Shown: in pieces, positions 11,515 through 23,300 of the stretch
Layout: every line of letters begins with the position of its first letter
How positions within the stretch are numbered: position 1 is the first letter of the stretch
Assembly (NCBI RefSeq): GCF_009914755.1
Contig: NC_060937.1
Direction: 5' to 3' (one strand)
DNA length: 64,000 bases
Origin: the human T2T-CHM13v2.0 reference genome, Homo sapiens
Program-made: the position numbers and the translations under genes
The notes under the pieces: model-generated
The model's database searches: none
Seen by the model: only the letters and a program-made list of their open reading frames with translations
Told to the model about the DNA's origin: nothing

Positions 11515-14063
11515 GACGATATTCCCTTTTCCAACGATATCGTTAAAGCAATCTAAATATCAATTTGCAGAATCCACAAAAATAGAGTTTCAAAGCTGCT
11601 CTGTAAAAAGAAAGGTTCCACTCTGTTAGCTGAGTACACACATCACAAACTTGTTTCTGAGAATCCTTCTGTCTCGTTTTTATGGGAAGATATTTACTTT
11701 TTCACCGTAGGCATCAAAGCGCTCCAAATGTCCACATCCAGACACTCCAGAAAGACTGTTTCAAACCTGCTCTATGAAAGGGAATCTTCAACTCTATGAG
11801 TTGAATGCAGACATCAGGAAGAAATTTCTGAGAATGCTGCTGTCTACCTTTTATTTGAATTCCCGCTTCCAACGAAATCCTCCAAGCTATACAAATATCC
11901 ACTTGCATTTTCCACAAAAAGAGGGTTTCAAAACTGCTCTCTATCAATGCAAAATTCAACTCCTTTAGCTGGGTACACACATCACAAACAAGTTTCTGGG
12001 AATGCTTCTGTCTAGTTTTTATGGGAAGACATTACCTTTTTCACCAAAGGCATCAAAGCGCTCCAAATGTCCACTTCCAGACACTACAAAAAGAGTGTTT
12101 CAAACGTGCTCTAAGAAAGCGAATGTTCAACTCTGTGACTTGAATGCAGATATCACAAAGTAGTTTCTGAGAGGGCTTCTGTCCAGATTTTAGATGATGA
12201 TATTCCCGTTTCCAACGAAATCATTAGAGCTATCCAAATATCCACTTACAGTTTCTACAAAAAGAGTGTTTCCAAACTGCTGCATCAAAAGAGATTTCCA
12301 CTCTGTTAGCTGAGTACACACATCACAAACTTGTTTCTCAGAATCCTTCTGTCTCGTTTTTATGGGAAGATATTTACTTTTTCACCGTAGGCATCAAAGC
12401 GCTCCAAATGTCCACATCCAGATACTACAGAAAGAGTATTTCAAACCTGCTCTATGAAAGGGAATGTTCAACTCTATGAGTTGAATGCAGACATCAGAAA
12501 GAAATTTCTGAGAATGCTGCTGTCTACCTTTTATTTGAATTCACGCTTCCAACGAAATCCTCCAAGCTATCCAAATATCCACTTGCATTTTCCACAAAAA
12601 GAGTGTTTCAAAACTGCTCTATCAATAGAAATGTTCAACTCCTTTAGCTGGGTACACACATCACAAACAAGTTTCTGAGAATGCTTCTGTCTAGTTTTTA
12701 TGGGAAGACATTCCCTTTTTCACCAAAGGCATCAAAGCGCTCCAAATGTCCACTTCCAGACACTACAAAAAGAGTGTTTCAAACGTGCTCTAAGAAAGCG
12801 AATGTTCAACTCTGTGACTTGAATGCAGATATCACAAAGTAGTTTCTGAGAGGGCTTCTGTCTAGATTTTAGATGATGATATTCCCGTTTCCAACGAAAT
12901 CATTAGAGCTATCCAAATATCCACTTACAGTTTCTACAAAAAGAGTGTTTCCAAACTGCTGCATCAAAAGAGAGGTTCCACTCTGTTAGCTGAGTACACA
13001 CATCACAAACTTGTTTCTCAGAATCCTTCTGTCTCGTTTTTATGGGAAGATATTTACTTTTTCACCGTAGGCATCAAAGCGCTCCAAATGTCCACATCCA
13101 GATACTCCAGAAAGAGTGTTTCAAACCTGCTCTATGAAAGGGAATCTTCAACTCTATGAGTTGAATGCAGACATCAGAAAGAAATTTCTGAGAATGCTGC
13201 TGTCTACCTTTTATTTGAATTCCCGCTTCCAACGAAATCCTCCAAGCTATCCAAATATCCACTTGCAGATTCCACAAAAAGAGTGTTTCAAAACTGCTCT
13301 CTATCAATGGCAAAGTTCAACTCTGTTAGTTGAGGACACATATCACCAACAAGTTTCTGAGAATGCTTCTGTCTATTTTTTATGGGAAGATATTTCCTTT
13401 TTCACCGTAGGCATCAAGGCGATCGAAATGTCCACTTCCACAAACTACAAAAAGAGTGTTTCAAACCTGCTCTATGAAAGGCAATGTTCATCTCTATGAG
13501 TTGAATGGAAATATCCGAAAGAAATTTCTGGGAATGCTGCTGTCTAGTTTTTATACGAATTCCCGCTTCCAACGAAATCCACAAAGCAATCCAAATATCC
13601 ACTTGCAGAATCCACATAAGAGAGTTTCAAAACTGCTCTATCAATACAAAGGTTCAACTCTTTTAGTTGAGTACACACATCACAAACAAGTTTCTGAGAA
13701 TGCTTCTGTCTGGCTTTTATTGGAAGACATTTCCTTTTCACCAAAGGCATCAAAGCGCTCCAAATGTCCACTTCCAGATTCTTCCAAAAGAGTGTTTGAA
13801 ACGTGCTCAAAGTAAGGGAATGTTCAACTCTGTGACTTGAATGCAGATATCACCAAGTAGTTTCTAATAGTGCTTCTGTCTAGATTTTAGATGATGATAT
13901 TCCCGTTTCCAACGAAATCGTTAGAGCTATCCAAATATCCAGTTACAGTTTCAACCAAAAGGGTGTTTCCAAACTGCTGCATCAAAAGAAAGGTTCAACT
14001 CTGTTAGTTGAGGACACACATCACAAAGATGTTTGTGAGAATGCTTCTGTCTAGATTTTGTAT
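11515..14063 (-). repeat. HOR unit 6: 15-mer (last complete unit of the homogeneous array)
   Basis: 2549 bp, duplicated 4-mer. Confidence 0.92.
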
Positions 14064-14349
14064 GACGATATTCCCTTTTCCAACGATATCGTTAAAGCAA
14101 TCTAAATATCAATTTGCAGAATCCACAAAAATAGAGTTTCCAAGCTGCTGTGTAAAAAGAAAGGTTCCACTCTGTTAGCTGAGTACACGCATCACAAACT
14201 TGTTTCTGAGAATCCTTCTGTCTCGTTTTTATGGGAACATATTTAGTTTTTCACCGTAGGCATCAAAGCGGTCCAAATGTCCACATCCAGATACTCCAGA
14301 AAGAGTGTTTCAAACCTGCTCTATGAAAGGGAATCTTCAACTCTATGAG

Positions 14350-17300
14350 TTGAATGCACACATCAGAAAGAAATTTCTGAGAATGTTGCTGTCTACCTTT
14401 CATTTCAATTCCCGCTTCCAACGAAATCCTCCAAGCTATCCAAATATTCACTTGCAGATTCCACAAAAAGAGTGTTTCAAAACTACTCTATCAATAGAAA
14501 GGTACAACTCTGTCAGTTGAGGACACACATCACAAACAAGATTCTGAGAATTCTTCAATTTTTTATGGGAAGACATTTCCTTTTTCACCGTAGGCGTCAA
14601 AGCGCTCCAAATGTCCACATCCAGATAGTACAGAAAGAGTGTTTCAAACCTGCTCTATTAAAGGGAATGTTCAACTCTATGAGTTGAATGCAAACATCAG
14701 AAATAAATTTCTGAGAATGCTGCTGTCTACCTTTTATTTGAATTCCCGCTTCCAACGAAAACCTCCAAGCTATCCAAATATCCACTTGCAGATTCCACAA
14801 AAAGAGTGTTTCAAAACTGCTCTATCAATAGAAATGTTCAACTCCTTTCGCTGGGTACACACATCACAAACAAGTTTCTGAGAATGCTTCTGTCTAGTTT
14901 TTATGGGAAGACATTTCCTTTTTCACCAAAGGCATCAAAGCGCTCCAAATGTCCACTTCCAGATACTACAAAAAGTGTGTTTCAAAAGTGCTGTAAGAAA
15001 GCGAATGTTCAACTCTGTGACTTGAATGCAGATATCACAAAGTAGTTTCTGAGAGTGCTTCTGTCTAGATTTTAGATGATGATATTCCCGTTTCCAACGA
15101 AGTCATTAGAGCTATCCAAATGTGCACTTACAGTTTCTACAAAAAGAGTGTTTCCAAACTGCTGTGTCAAAAGAGAGGTTCCACTCTGTTAGCTGAGTAC
15201 ACACATCACAAACTTGTTTCTGAGAATCCTTCTGTCTAGTTTTTATGGGAAGATATTTACTTTTTCACCGTAGGCATCAAAGCGTTCCAAATGTCCACAT
15301 CCAGATAGTACAGAAAGAGTGTTTCAAACCTGCTCTATGAAAGGGAATGTTCAACTCTATGAGTTGAATGCAAACATCACAAAGAAATTTCTGAGAATGC
15401 TGCTGTCTACCTTTTATTTGAATTCCCGCTTCCAATGAAATCCCCCAGGCTATCCAAATATCCACTCGCAGATTCCACAAAAAGCGTGTTTCAAAACTGC
15501 TCTATCAATGGAAAGGTTCAACTCTGTCAGTTGAGGATACACATCACAAACAAGTTTCTGAGAATTCTTCAATTTTTTTACAGGAAGACATTTCCATTTT
15601 CACCGTAGGTGTCAAAGCGATCGAAATGTCTTCATCCATACAATACAAAAAGTGTGTTTCAAACCTGCTCCACGAAAGGGAATGTTCATCTCTATGTGTT
15701 GAATGGAAATATCAGAAAGAAATTTCTGAGAATGCTGCTACTTTTTTATGAATTCCCGCTTCCAACGGAATCCTCAAAGCAATCCAAATATCCACTTGCA
15801 GAATCCACAAAAAGAGTGTTTCAAAACTGCTCTATCAATAGAAAGGTTCAACTCTTTTAGTTGAGTACACACATCACATACAAGTTTCTGAGAAAGCTTC
15901 TGTCTACTTTTTAAGGGAAGACATTTCCTTTTTCACCAAAGGCATCAAAGCGCTCCAAATGTCCACTTCCAGATTCTACAAAAAGAGTGTTTCAAACCTG
16001 CTCTAAGTAAGGGAGTTTTCAACTCTGTGACTGGAATGGAGATATCACAAAGTAGTTTCTGAGACTGCTTCTGTGTATACTTTAGATGAAGATATTCCCG
16101 TTTCCAACGATATCATTAGACCTATCCAAATATACACTTACAGTTCCTACAAAAAGAGTGTTTCCAAACTGCTGCATCAAAAGAAAGTTTCAACTCTGTT
16201 AGTTGAGGACACACATCACAAAGAAGTTTCTGAGAAAGCTTCTGTCTAGATTTTGTATGAAGATATTCCCTTTTCCAACGATGTCGTTAAATCAACCCAA
16301 ATATCAATTTGCAGAATCCACAGATATAGAGTTTCAAAGCTGCTCTGTAAAAAGAAAGGATCCACTCTATTAGCTGAGTACACACATCACAAACTTCTTT
16401 CTGAGAATCCTTCTGTCTAGTTTTTACGGGAAGATATTTCCTTTTTCACCGTAGGTATCAAAGCGCTCCAAATGTCCACATCCAGATACTCCAGAAAGAG
16501 TGTTTCAAACCTGCTCTATGAAAGGGAATCTTCAACTCTATGAGTTGAATGCAGACATCAGAAAGTAATTTCTGAGAATGCTGCTGTCTACCTTTCATTT
16601 GAATTCCCGCTTCCAACGAAATCCTCCAAGCTATCCAAATATTCACATGCAGATTCCACAAAAAGAGTGTTTCAAAACTACTCTATCAATAGAAAGGTAC
16701 AACTCTGTCAGTTGAGGACACACATCACAAACAAGATTCTGAGAATTCTTCAATTTTTTATGGGAAGACATTTCCTTTTTCACCGTAGGCGTCAAGGCGA
16801 TCGAAATGTCCACTTCCACAAACTACAAAAAGAGTGTTTCAAACCTGCTCTATGAAAGGCCATGTTCATCTCTATGAGTCGAATGGAAATATCCGAAAGA
16901 AATTTCTGGGAATGCTGCTGTCTAGTTTTTATACGAATTCCCGCTTCCAACGAAATCCTCAAAGCAATCCAAATATCCACTTGCAGAATCCACAAAAAGA
17001 GTGTTTCAAAACTGCTCTATCAATAGAAAGGTTCAACTCTTTTAGTTGAGTACACACATCACAAACAAGTTTCTGAGAATGCTTCTGTCTGGCTTTTATT
17101 GGAAGACGTTTCCTTTTCACCAAAGGCATCAAAGCGCTCCAAATGTCCACTTCCAGATTCTTCCAAAAGAGTGTTTGAAACGTGCTCAAAGTAAGGGAAT
17201 GTTCAACTCTGTGACTTGAATGCAGATATCACCAAGTAGTTTCTAATAGTGCTTCTGTCTAGATTTTAGATGATGATATTCCCGTTTCCAACGAAATCGT

Positions 17301-20300
17301 TAGACCTATCCAAATATCCACTTACAGTTTCTACAAAAAGAGTGTTTCCAAACTGCTGCATCAAAAGAAAGGTTCAACTCTGTTAGTTGAGGACACACAT
17401 CACAAAGAAGTTTCTGAGAAAGCTTCTCTCTAGATTTTGTATGAAGATATTCCCTTTTCCAAAGATATCGTTAAATCAACCCAAATATCAATTTGCAGAA
17501 TCCACAGAAATAGAGTTTCAAAGCTGCTCTGTAAAAAGAAAGGATCCACTCTGTTAGCTGAGTACACACATCACAAACATGTTTCTGAGAATCCTTCTGT
17601 CTAGTTTTTATGGGAAGATATTTACTTTTCACCGTAGGTATCAAAGCGCCCCAAATGTCCACATCCAGATACTACAGAAAGAGTGTTTCAAACCTGCTCT
17701 ATGAAAGGGAATCTTCAACTCTATGAGTTGAATGCAGACATCAGAAAGTAATTTCTGAGAATGCTGCTGTCTACCTTTCATTTGAATTCCCGCTTCCAAC
17801 GAAATCCTCCAAGCTATCCAAATATTCACTTGCAGATTCCACAAAAACAGTGTTTCAAAACTACTCTATCAATAGAAAGGTACAACACTGTTAGTTGAGG
17901 ACACACATCACAAACAAGTTTCTGAGAATTCTTCAATTTTTTATGGGAAGACATTTCCTTTTTCACCGTAGGCGTCAAAGCGCTCCAAATGTCCACATCC
18001 AGATAGTACAGAAAGAGTGTTTCAAACCTGCTCTATTAAAGGTAATCTTCAACTCTATGAGTTGAATGCAAACATCAGAAATAAATTTCTGAGAATGTTG
18101 CTGTCTACCTTTTATTTGAATTCCCGCTTCCAACGAAAACCTCCAAGCTATCCAAATATCCACTTGCAGATTCCACAAAAAGAGTGTTTCAAAACTGCTC
18201 TATCAATAGAAATGTTCAACTCCTTTCGCTGGGTTCACACATCACAAACAAGTTTCTGAGAATGCTTCTGTCTAGTTTTTATGGAAAGACATTTCCTTTT
18301 TCACCAAAGGCATCAAAGAGCTCCAAATGTCCACTTCCAGATACTACAAAAAGAGTGTTTCAAAAGTGCTCTAAGAAAGCGAATGTTCAACTCTGTGACT
18401 TGAATGCAGATATCACAAAGTAGTTTCTGAGAGTGCTTCTGTCTAGATTATAGATGATGATATTCCCGTTTCCAACGAAATCATTAGAGCTATCCAAATA
18501 TCCACTTACAGTTTCTACAAAAAGAGTGTTTCCAAACTGCTGCGTCAAAAGAGAGGTTCCACTCTGTTAGCTGAGTACACACATCACAAACTTGTTTCTG
18601 AGAATCCTTCTGTCTAATTTTTATGGGAAGATATTTACTTTTTCACCGTAGGCATCAAAGCGTTCCAAATGTCCACATCCAGATAGTACAGAAAGAGTGT
18701 TTCAAACCTGCTCTATGAAAGGGAATGTTCAACTCTATGAGTTGAATGCAAACATCACAAAGAAATTTCTGAGAATGCTGCTGTCTACCTTTCATTTGAA
18801 TTCCCGCTTCCAACGAAATCCTCCAGGCTATCCAAATATCCACTTGCAGATTCCACAAAAAGAGTGTTTCAAAACTGCTCTATCAATGGCAAGGTTCAAC
18901 TCTGTCAGTTGAGGATACACATCACAAAAAGTTTCTGAGAATTCTTCAATTGTTTTACGGGAAGACATTTCCTTTTTCACCGTAGGCGTCAAAGCGATCG
19001 AAATGTCTTCATCCATACAATACAAAAAGTGTGTTTCAAACCTGCTCTGTGAAAGGGAATGTTCATCTCTATGTGTTGAATGGAAATATCAGAAAGAAAT
19101 TTCTGAGAATGCTGCTACTTTTTTATGAATTCCCGCTTCCAACGAAATCCTCAAAGCAATCCAAATATCCACTTGCAGATTCCACAAAAAGAGTGTTTCA
19201 AAACTGCTCTATCAATAGAAAGGTTCAACACTTTTAGTTGAGTACACACATCACATACAAGTTTCTGAGAAAGCTTCTGTCTACTTTTTAAGGAAAGACA
19301 TTTCCTTTTTCACCAAAGGCATCAAAGCGCTCCAAATGTCCACTTCCAGATTCTACAAAAAGAGTGTTTCAAACCTGCTCTAAGTAAGGGAGTTTTCAAC
19401 TCTGTGACTGGAATGCAGATATCACAAAGTAGTTTCTGAGACTGCTTCTGTGTATACTTTAGATGAAGATATTCCCGTTTCCAACGATATCGTTAGACCT
19501 ATCCAAATATCCACTTACAGTTTCTACAAAAAGAGTGTTTCCAAACTGCTGCATCAAAAGAAAGGTTCAACTCTGTTAGTTGAGGACACACATCACAAAG
19601 AAGTTTCTGAGAAAGCTTCTCTCTAGATTTTGTATGAAGATATTCCCTTTTCCAACGATATCGTTAAATCAACCCAAATATCAATTTGCAGAATCCACAG
19701 ATATAGAGTTTCAAAGCTGCTCTGTAAAAAGAAAGGATCCACTCTGTTAGCTGAGTACACACATCACAAACTTGTTTCTGAGAATCCTTCTGTCTAGTTT
19801 TTATGGGAAGATATTTAGTTTTTCACCGTAGGTATCAAAGCGCTCCAAATGTCCACATCCAGATACTACAGAAAGAGTGTTTCAAACCTGCTCTATGAAA
19901 GGGAATCTTCAACTCTATGAGTTGAATGCAGACATCAGAAAGTAATTTCTGAGAATGCTGCTGTCTACCTTTCATTTGAATTCCCGCTTCCAACGAAATC
20001 CTCCAAGCTATCCAAATATTCACTTGCAGATTCCACAAAAAGAGTGTTTCAAAACTACTCTATCAATAGAAAGGTACAACTCTGTCAGTTGAGGACACAC
20101 ATCACAAACAAGTTTCTGAGAATTCTTCAATTTTTTATGGGAAGACATTTCCTTTTTCACCGTAGGCGTCAAAGCGCTCCAAATGTCCACATCCAGATAG
20201 TACAGAAAGAGTGTTTCAAACCTGCTCTATTAAAGGGAATGTTCAACTCTATGAGTTGAATGCAAACATCAGAAAGAAATTTCTGAGAATGCTGCTGTCT

Positions 20301-23300
20301 ACCTTTTATTTGAATTCCCGCTTCCAACGAAAACCTCCAAGCTATCCAAATATCCACTTGCAGATTCCACAAAAAGAGTGTTTCAAAACTGCTCTATCAA
20401 TAGAAATGTTCAACTCCTTTCGCTGGGTTCACACATCACAAACAAGTTTCTGAGAATGCTTCTGTCTAGTTTTTATGGAAAGACATTTCCTTTTTCACCA
20501 AAGGCATCAAAGAGCTCCAAATGTCCACTTCCAGATACTACAAAAAGAGTGTTTCAAAAGTGCTCTAAGAAAGCGAATGTTCAACTCTGTGACTTGAATG
20601 CAGATATCACAAAGTAGTTTCTGAGAGTGCTTCTGTCTAGATTTTAGATGATGATATTCCCGTTTCCAACGAAATCATTAGAGCTTTCCAAATATCCACT
20701 TACAGTTTCTACAAAAAGAGTGTTTCCAAACTGCTGCGTCAAAAGAGAGGTTCCACTCTGTTAGCTGAGTACACACATCACAAACTTGTTTCTGAGAATC
20801 CTTCTGTCTAGTTTTTATGGGAAGATATTTACTTTTTCACCGTAGGCATCAAAGCGTTACAAATGTCCACATCCAGATAGTACAGAAAGAATGTTTCAAA
20901 CCTGCTCTATGAAAGGGAATGTTCAACTCTATGAGTTGAATGCAAACATCACAAAGAAATTTCTGAGAATGCTGCTGTCTACCTTTCATTTGAATTCCCG
21001 CTTCCAACGAAATCCTCCAGGTATCCAAATATCCACTTGCAGATTCCACAAAAAGAGTGTTTCAAAACTGCTCTATCAATGACAAGGTTCAACTCTATCA
21101 GTTGAGGATACACATCACAAACAAGTTTCTGAGAATTCTTCAATTTTTTTACGGGAAGATATTTTCTTTTTCACCAAAGGCATCAAAGCGCTCCAAATGT
21201 CCACTTCCAGATTCTACAAAAAGTGTGTTTCAAACCTGCTCTAAGTAAGGGAGTTTTCAACTCTGTGACTGGAATGCAGATATCACAAAGTAGTTTCTGA
21301 GACTGCTTCTGTGTATACTTTAGATGAAGATATTCCCGTTTCCAATGATATCGTTAGACCTATCCAAATATCCACTTACAGTTTCTACAAAAAGAGTGTT
21401 TCCAAACTGCTGCATCAAAAGAAAGGTTCAACTCTGTTAGTTGAGGACACACATCACAAAGAAGTTTCTGAGAAAGCTTCTCTCTAGATTTTGTATGAAG
21501 ATATTCCCTTTTCCAACGATATCGTTAAATCAACCCAAATATCAATTTGCAGAATCCACAGAAATAGAGTTTCAAAACTGCTCTGTAAAAAGAAAGGATC
21601 CACTCTGTTAGCTGAGTACATACATCACAAACTTGTTTCTGAGAATCCTTCTGTCTAGTTTTTATGGGAAGATATTTACTTTTTCACCGTAGGTATCAAA
21701 GCGCTCCAAATGTCCACATCCAGATACTACAGAAAGAGTGTTTCAAACCTGCTCTATGAAAGGGAATCTTCAACTCTATGAGTTGAATGCAGACATCAGA
21801 AAGAAATTTCTGAGAATGCTGCTGTCTACCTTTCATTTGAATTCCCGCTTCCAACGAAATCCTCCAAGCTATCCAAATATCCACTTGCAGATTCCACAAA
21901 AAGAGTGTTTCAAAACTACTCTATCAATAGAACGGTACAACTCTGTCAGCTGAGGACACACATCACAAACAAGTTTCTGAGAATTCTTCAATTTTTTATG
22001 GGAAGACATTTCCTTTTTCACCCTAGGCGTCAAAGCGATCGAAATGTCTACATCCATACAATACAAAAAGTGTGTTTCAAACCTGTTCTATGAAAGGGAA
22101 TGTTCATCTCTATGTGTTGAATGGAAATATCAGAAAGAAATTGCTGAGAATGCTGCTGTCTACATTTTTATGAATTCCCGCTTCCAACGAAATCCTCAAA
22201 GCAAACCAAATAACCACTTGCAGATTCCACAAAAAGAGTGTTTCAAAACTGCTCTATCAATAGAAAGGTTCAACTCCTTTCGCTGGGTACACACATCACA
22301 AACAAGTTTCTGAGAAAGCTTCTGTCTAGTTTTTATGGGAAGACATTTCCTTTTTCACCAAAGGCATCAAAGAGCTCCAAATGTCCACTTCTAGATACTA
22401 CAAAAAGAGTGTTTCAAAAGTGCTCTAAGAAAGCGAATGTTCAACTCTGTGACTTGAATGCAGATATCAACAAGTAGTTTCTGAGAGTGCTTCTGTCTAG
22501 ATTTTAGATGATGATATTCCCGTTTCCAACGAAATCATTAGAGCTATCTAAATATCCACTTACAGTTTCTACAAAAAGAGTGTTTCCAAACTGCTGCATC
22601 AAAAGAGAGGTTCCACTCTGTTAGCTGAGTACACACATCACAAACTTGATTCTGAGAATCCTTCTGTCTAGTTTTTATGGGAAGATATTTACTTTCTCAC
22701 CATAGGCATCAAAGCGTTCCAAATGTCCACATCCAGATAGTACAGAAAGAGTGTTTCAAACCTGCTCTATGAAAGGGAATGTTCAACTCTATGAGTTGAA
22801 TGCAAACATCACAAAGAAATTTCTGAGAATGCTGCTGTCTACCTTTCATTTGAATTCCCGCTTCCAACGAAATCCTCCAGGCTATCCAAATATCCACTTG
22901 CAGATTCCACAAAAAGATTGTTTCTAAACTGCTCTATCAATGGCAAGGTTCAACTCTGTCAGTTGAGGATACACATCACAAACAAGTTTCTGAGAATTCT
23001 TCAATTTTTTTACGGGAAGACATTTCCTTTTTCACCATAGGCATCAAAGCGATCGAAATGTCCTCATCCATACAATACAAAAAGTTTGTTTCAAACCTGC
23101 TCTATGAAAGGGAATGTTCATCTGTATGTGTTGAATGGAAATATCAGAAAGTAATTTCTGAGAATGCTGCTGTCTACTTTTTTATGAATTCCCGCTTCCA
23201 ACGAAATCCTCAAAGCAATCCAAATATCCACTTGCAGATTCCACAAAAAGAGTGTTTCAAAACTGCTCTATCAATAGAAAGATTCAACTCTTTTAGTTGA

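Larger units (their letters stand above)
1..14350 (-). repeat. Homogeneous SF2 HOR array, D13Z1/D21Z1 (chr13/21) type, 11-mer and 15-mer variants
   Basis: The anchor GTATGAC recurs with its second G at 130, 2000, 4548, 7098, 9645, 11515 and 14064 (spacings 1870, 2548, 2550, 2547, 1870, 2549). EcoRI-position spacing is 680/340/850, and there are 5 CENP-B boxes per 11-mer. It contains GTCTACCTTTTATTTGAATTCCCG, AGTTTTTATGGGAAGACATTCCCT and CCATGTTCATCTCTATG, which I recall as chr13/21 alphoid primer sites (from memory, not checked). Chr13 versus chr21 is not resolved. Confidence 0.88.

Noticed and set aside
1000-14300. 9.5-kb recurrence as a pure assembly duplication
   Set aside because: The copies differ at multiple sites (for example TGTATTC at 1151 versus GAATTC, the chimeric monomer at 11930, CACG at 12542). 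This fits real divergence, though reads are needed to confirm.
1-14350. Assignment to chr13 or chr21 specifically; other SF2 11-mer arrays (chr8, chr9)
   Set aside because: D13Z1 and D21Z1 are nearly identical and cannot be separated by eye. Recalled primer-site matches favour 13/21 over the others, but alignment is needed.
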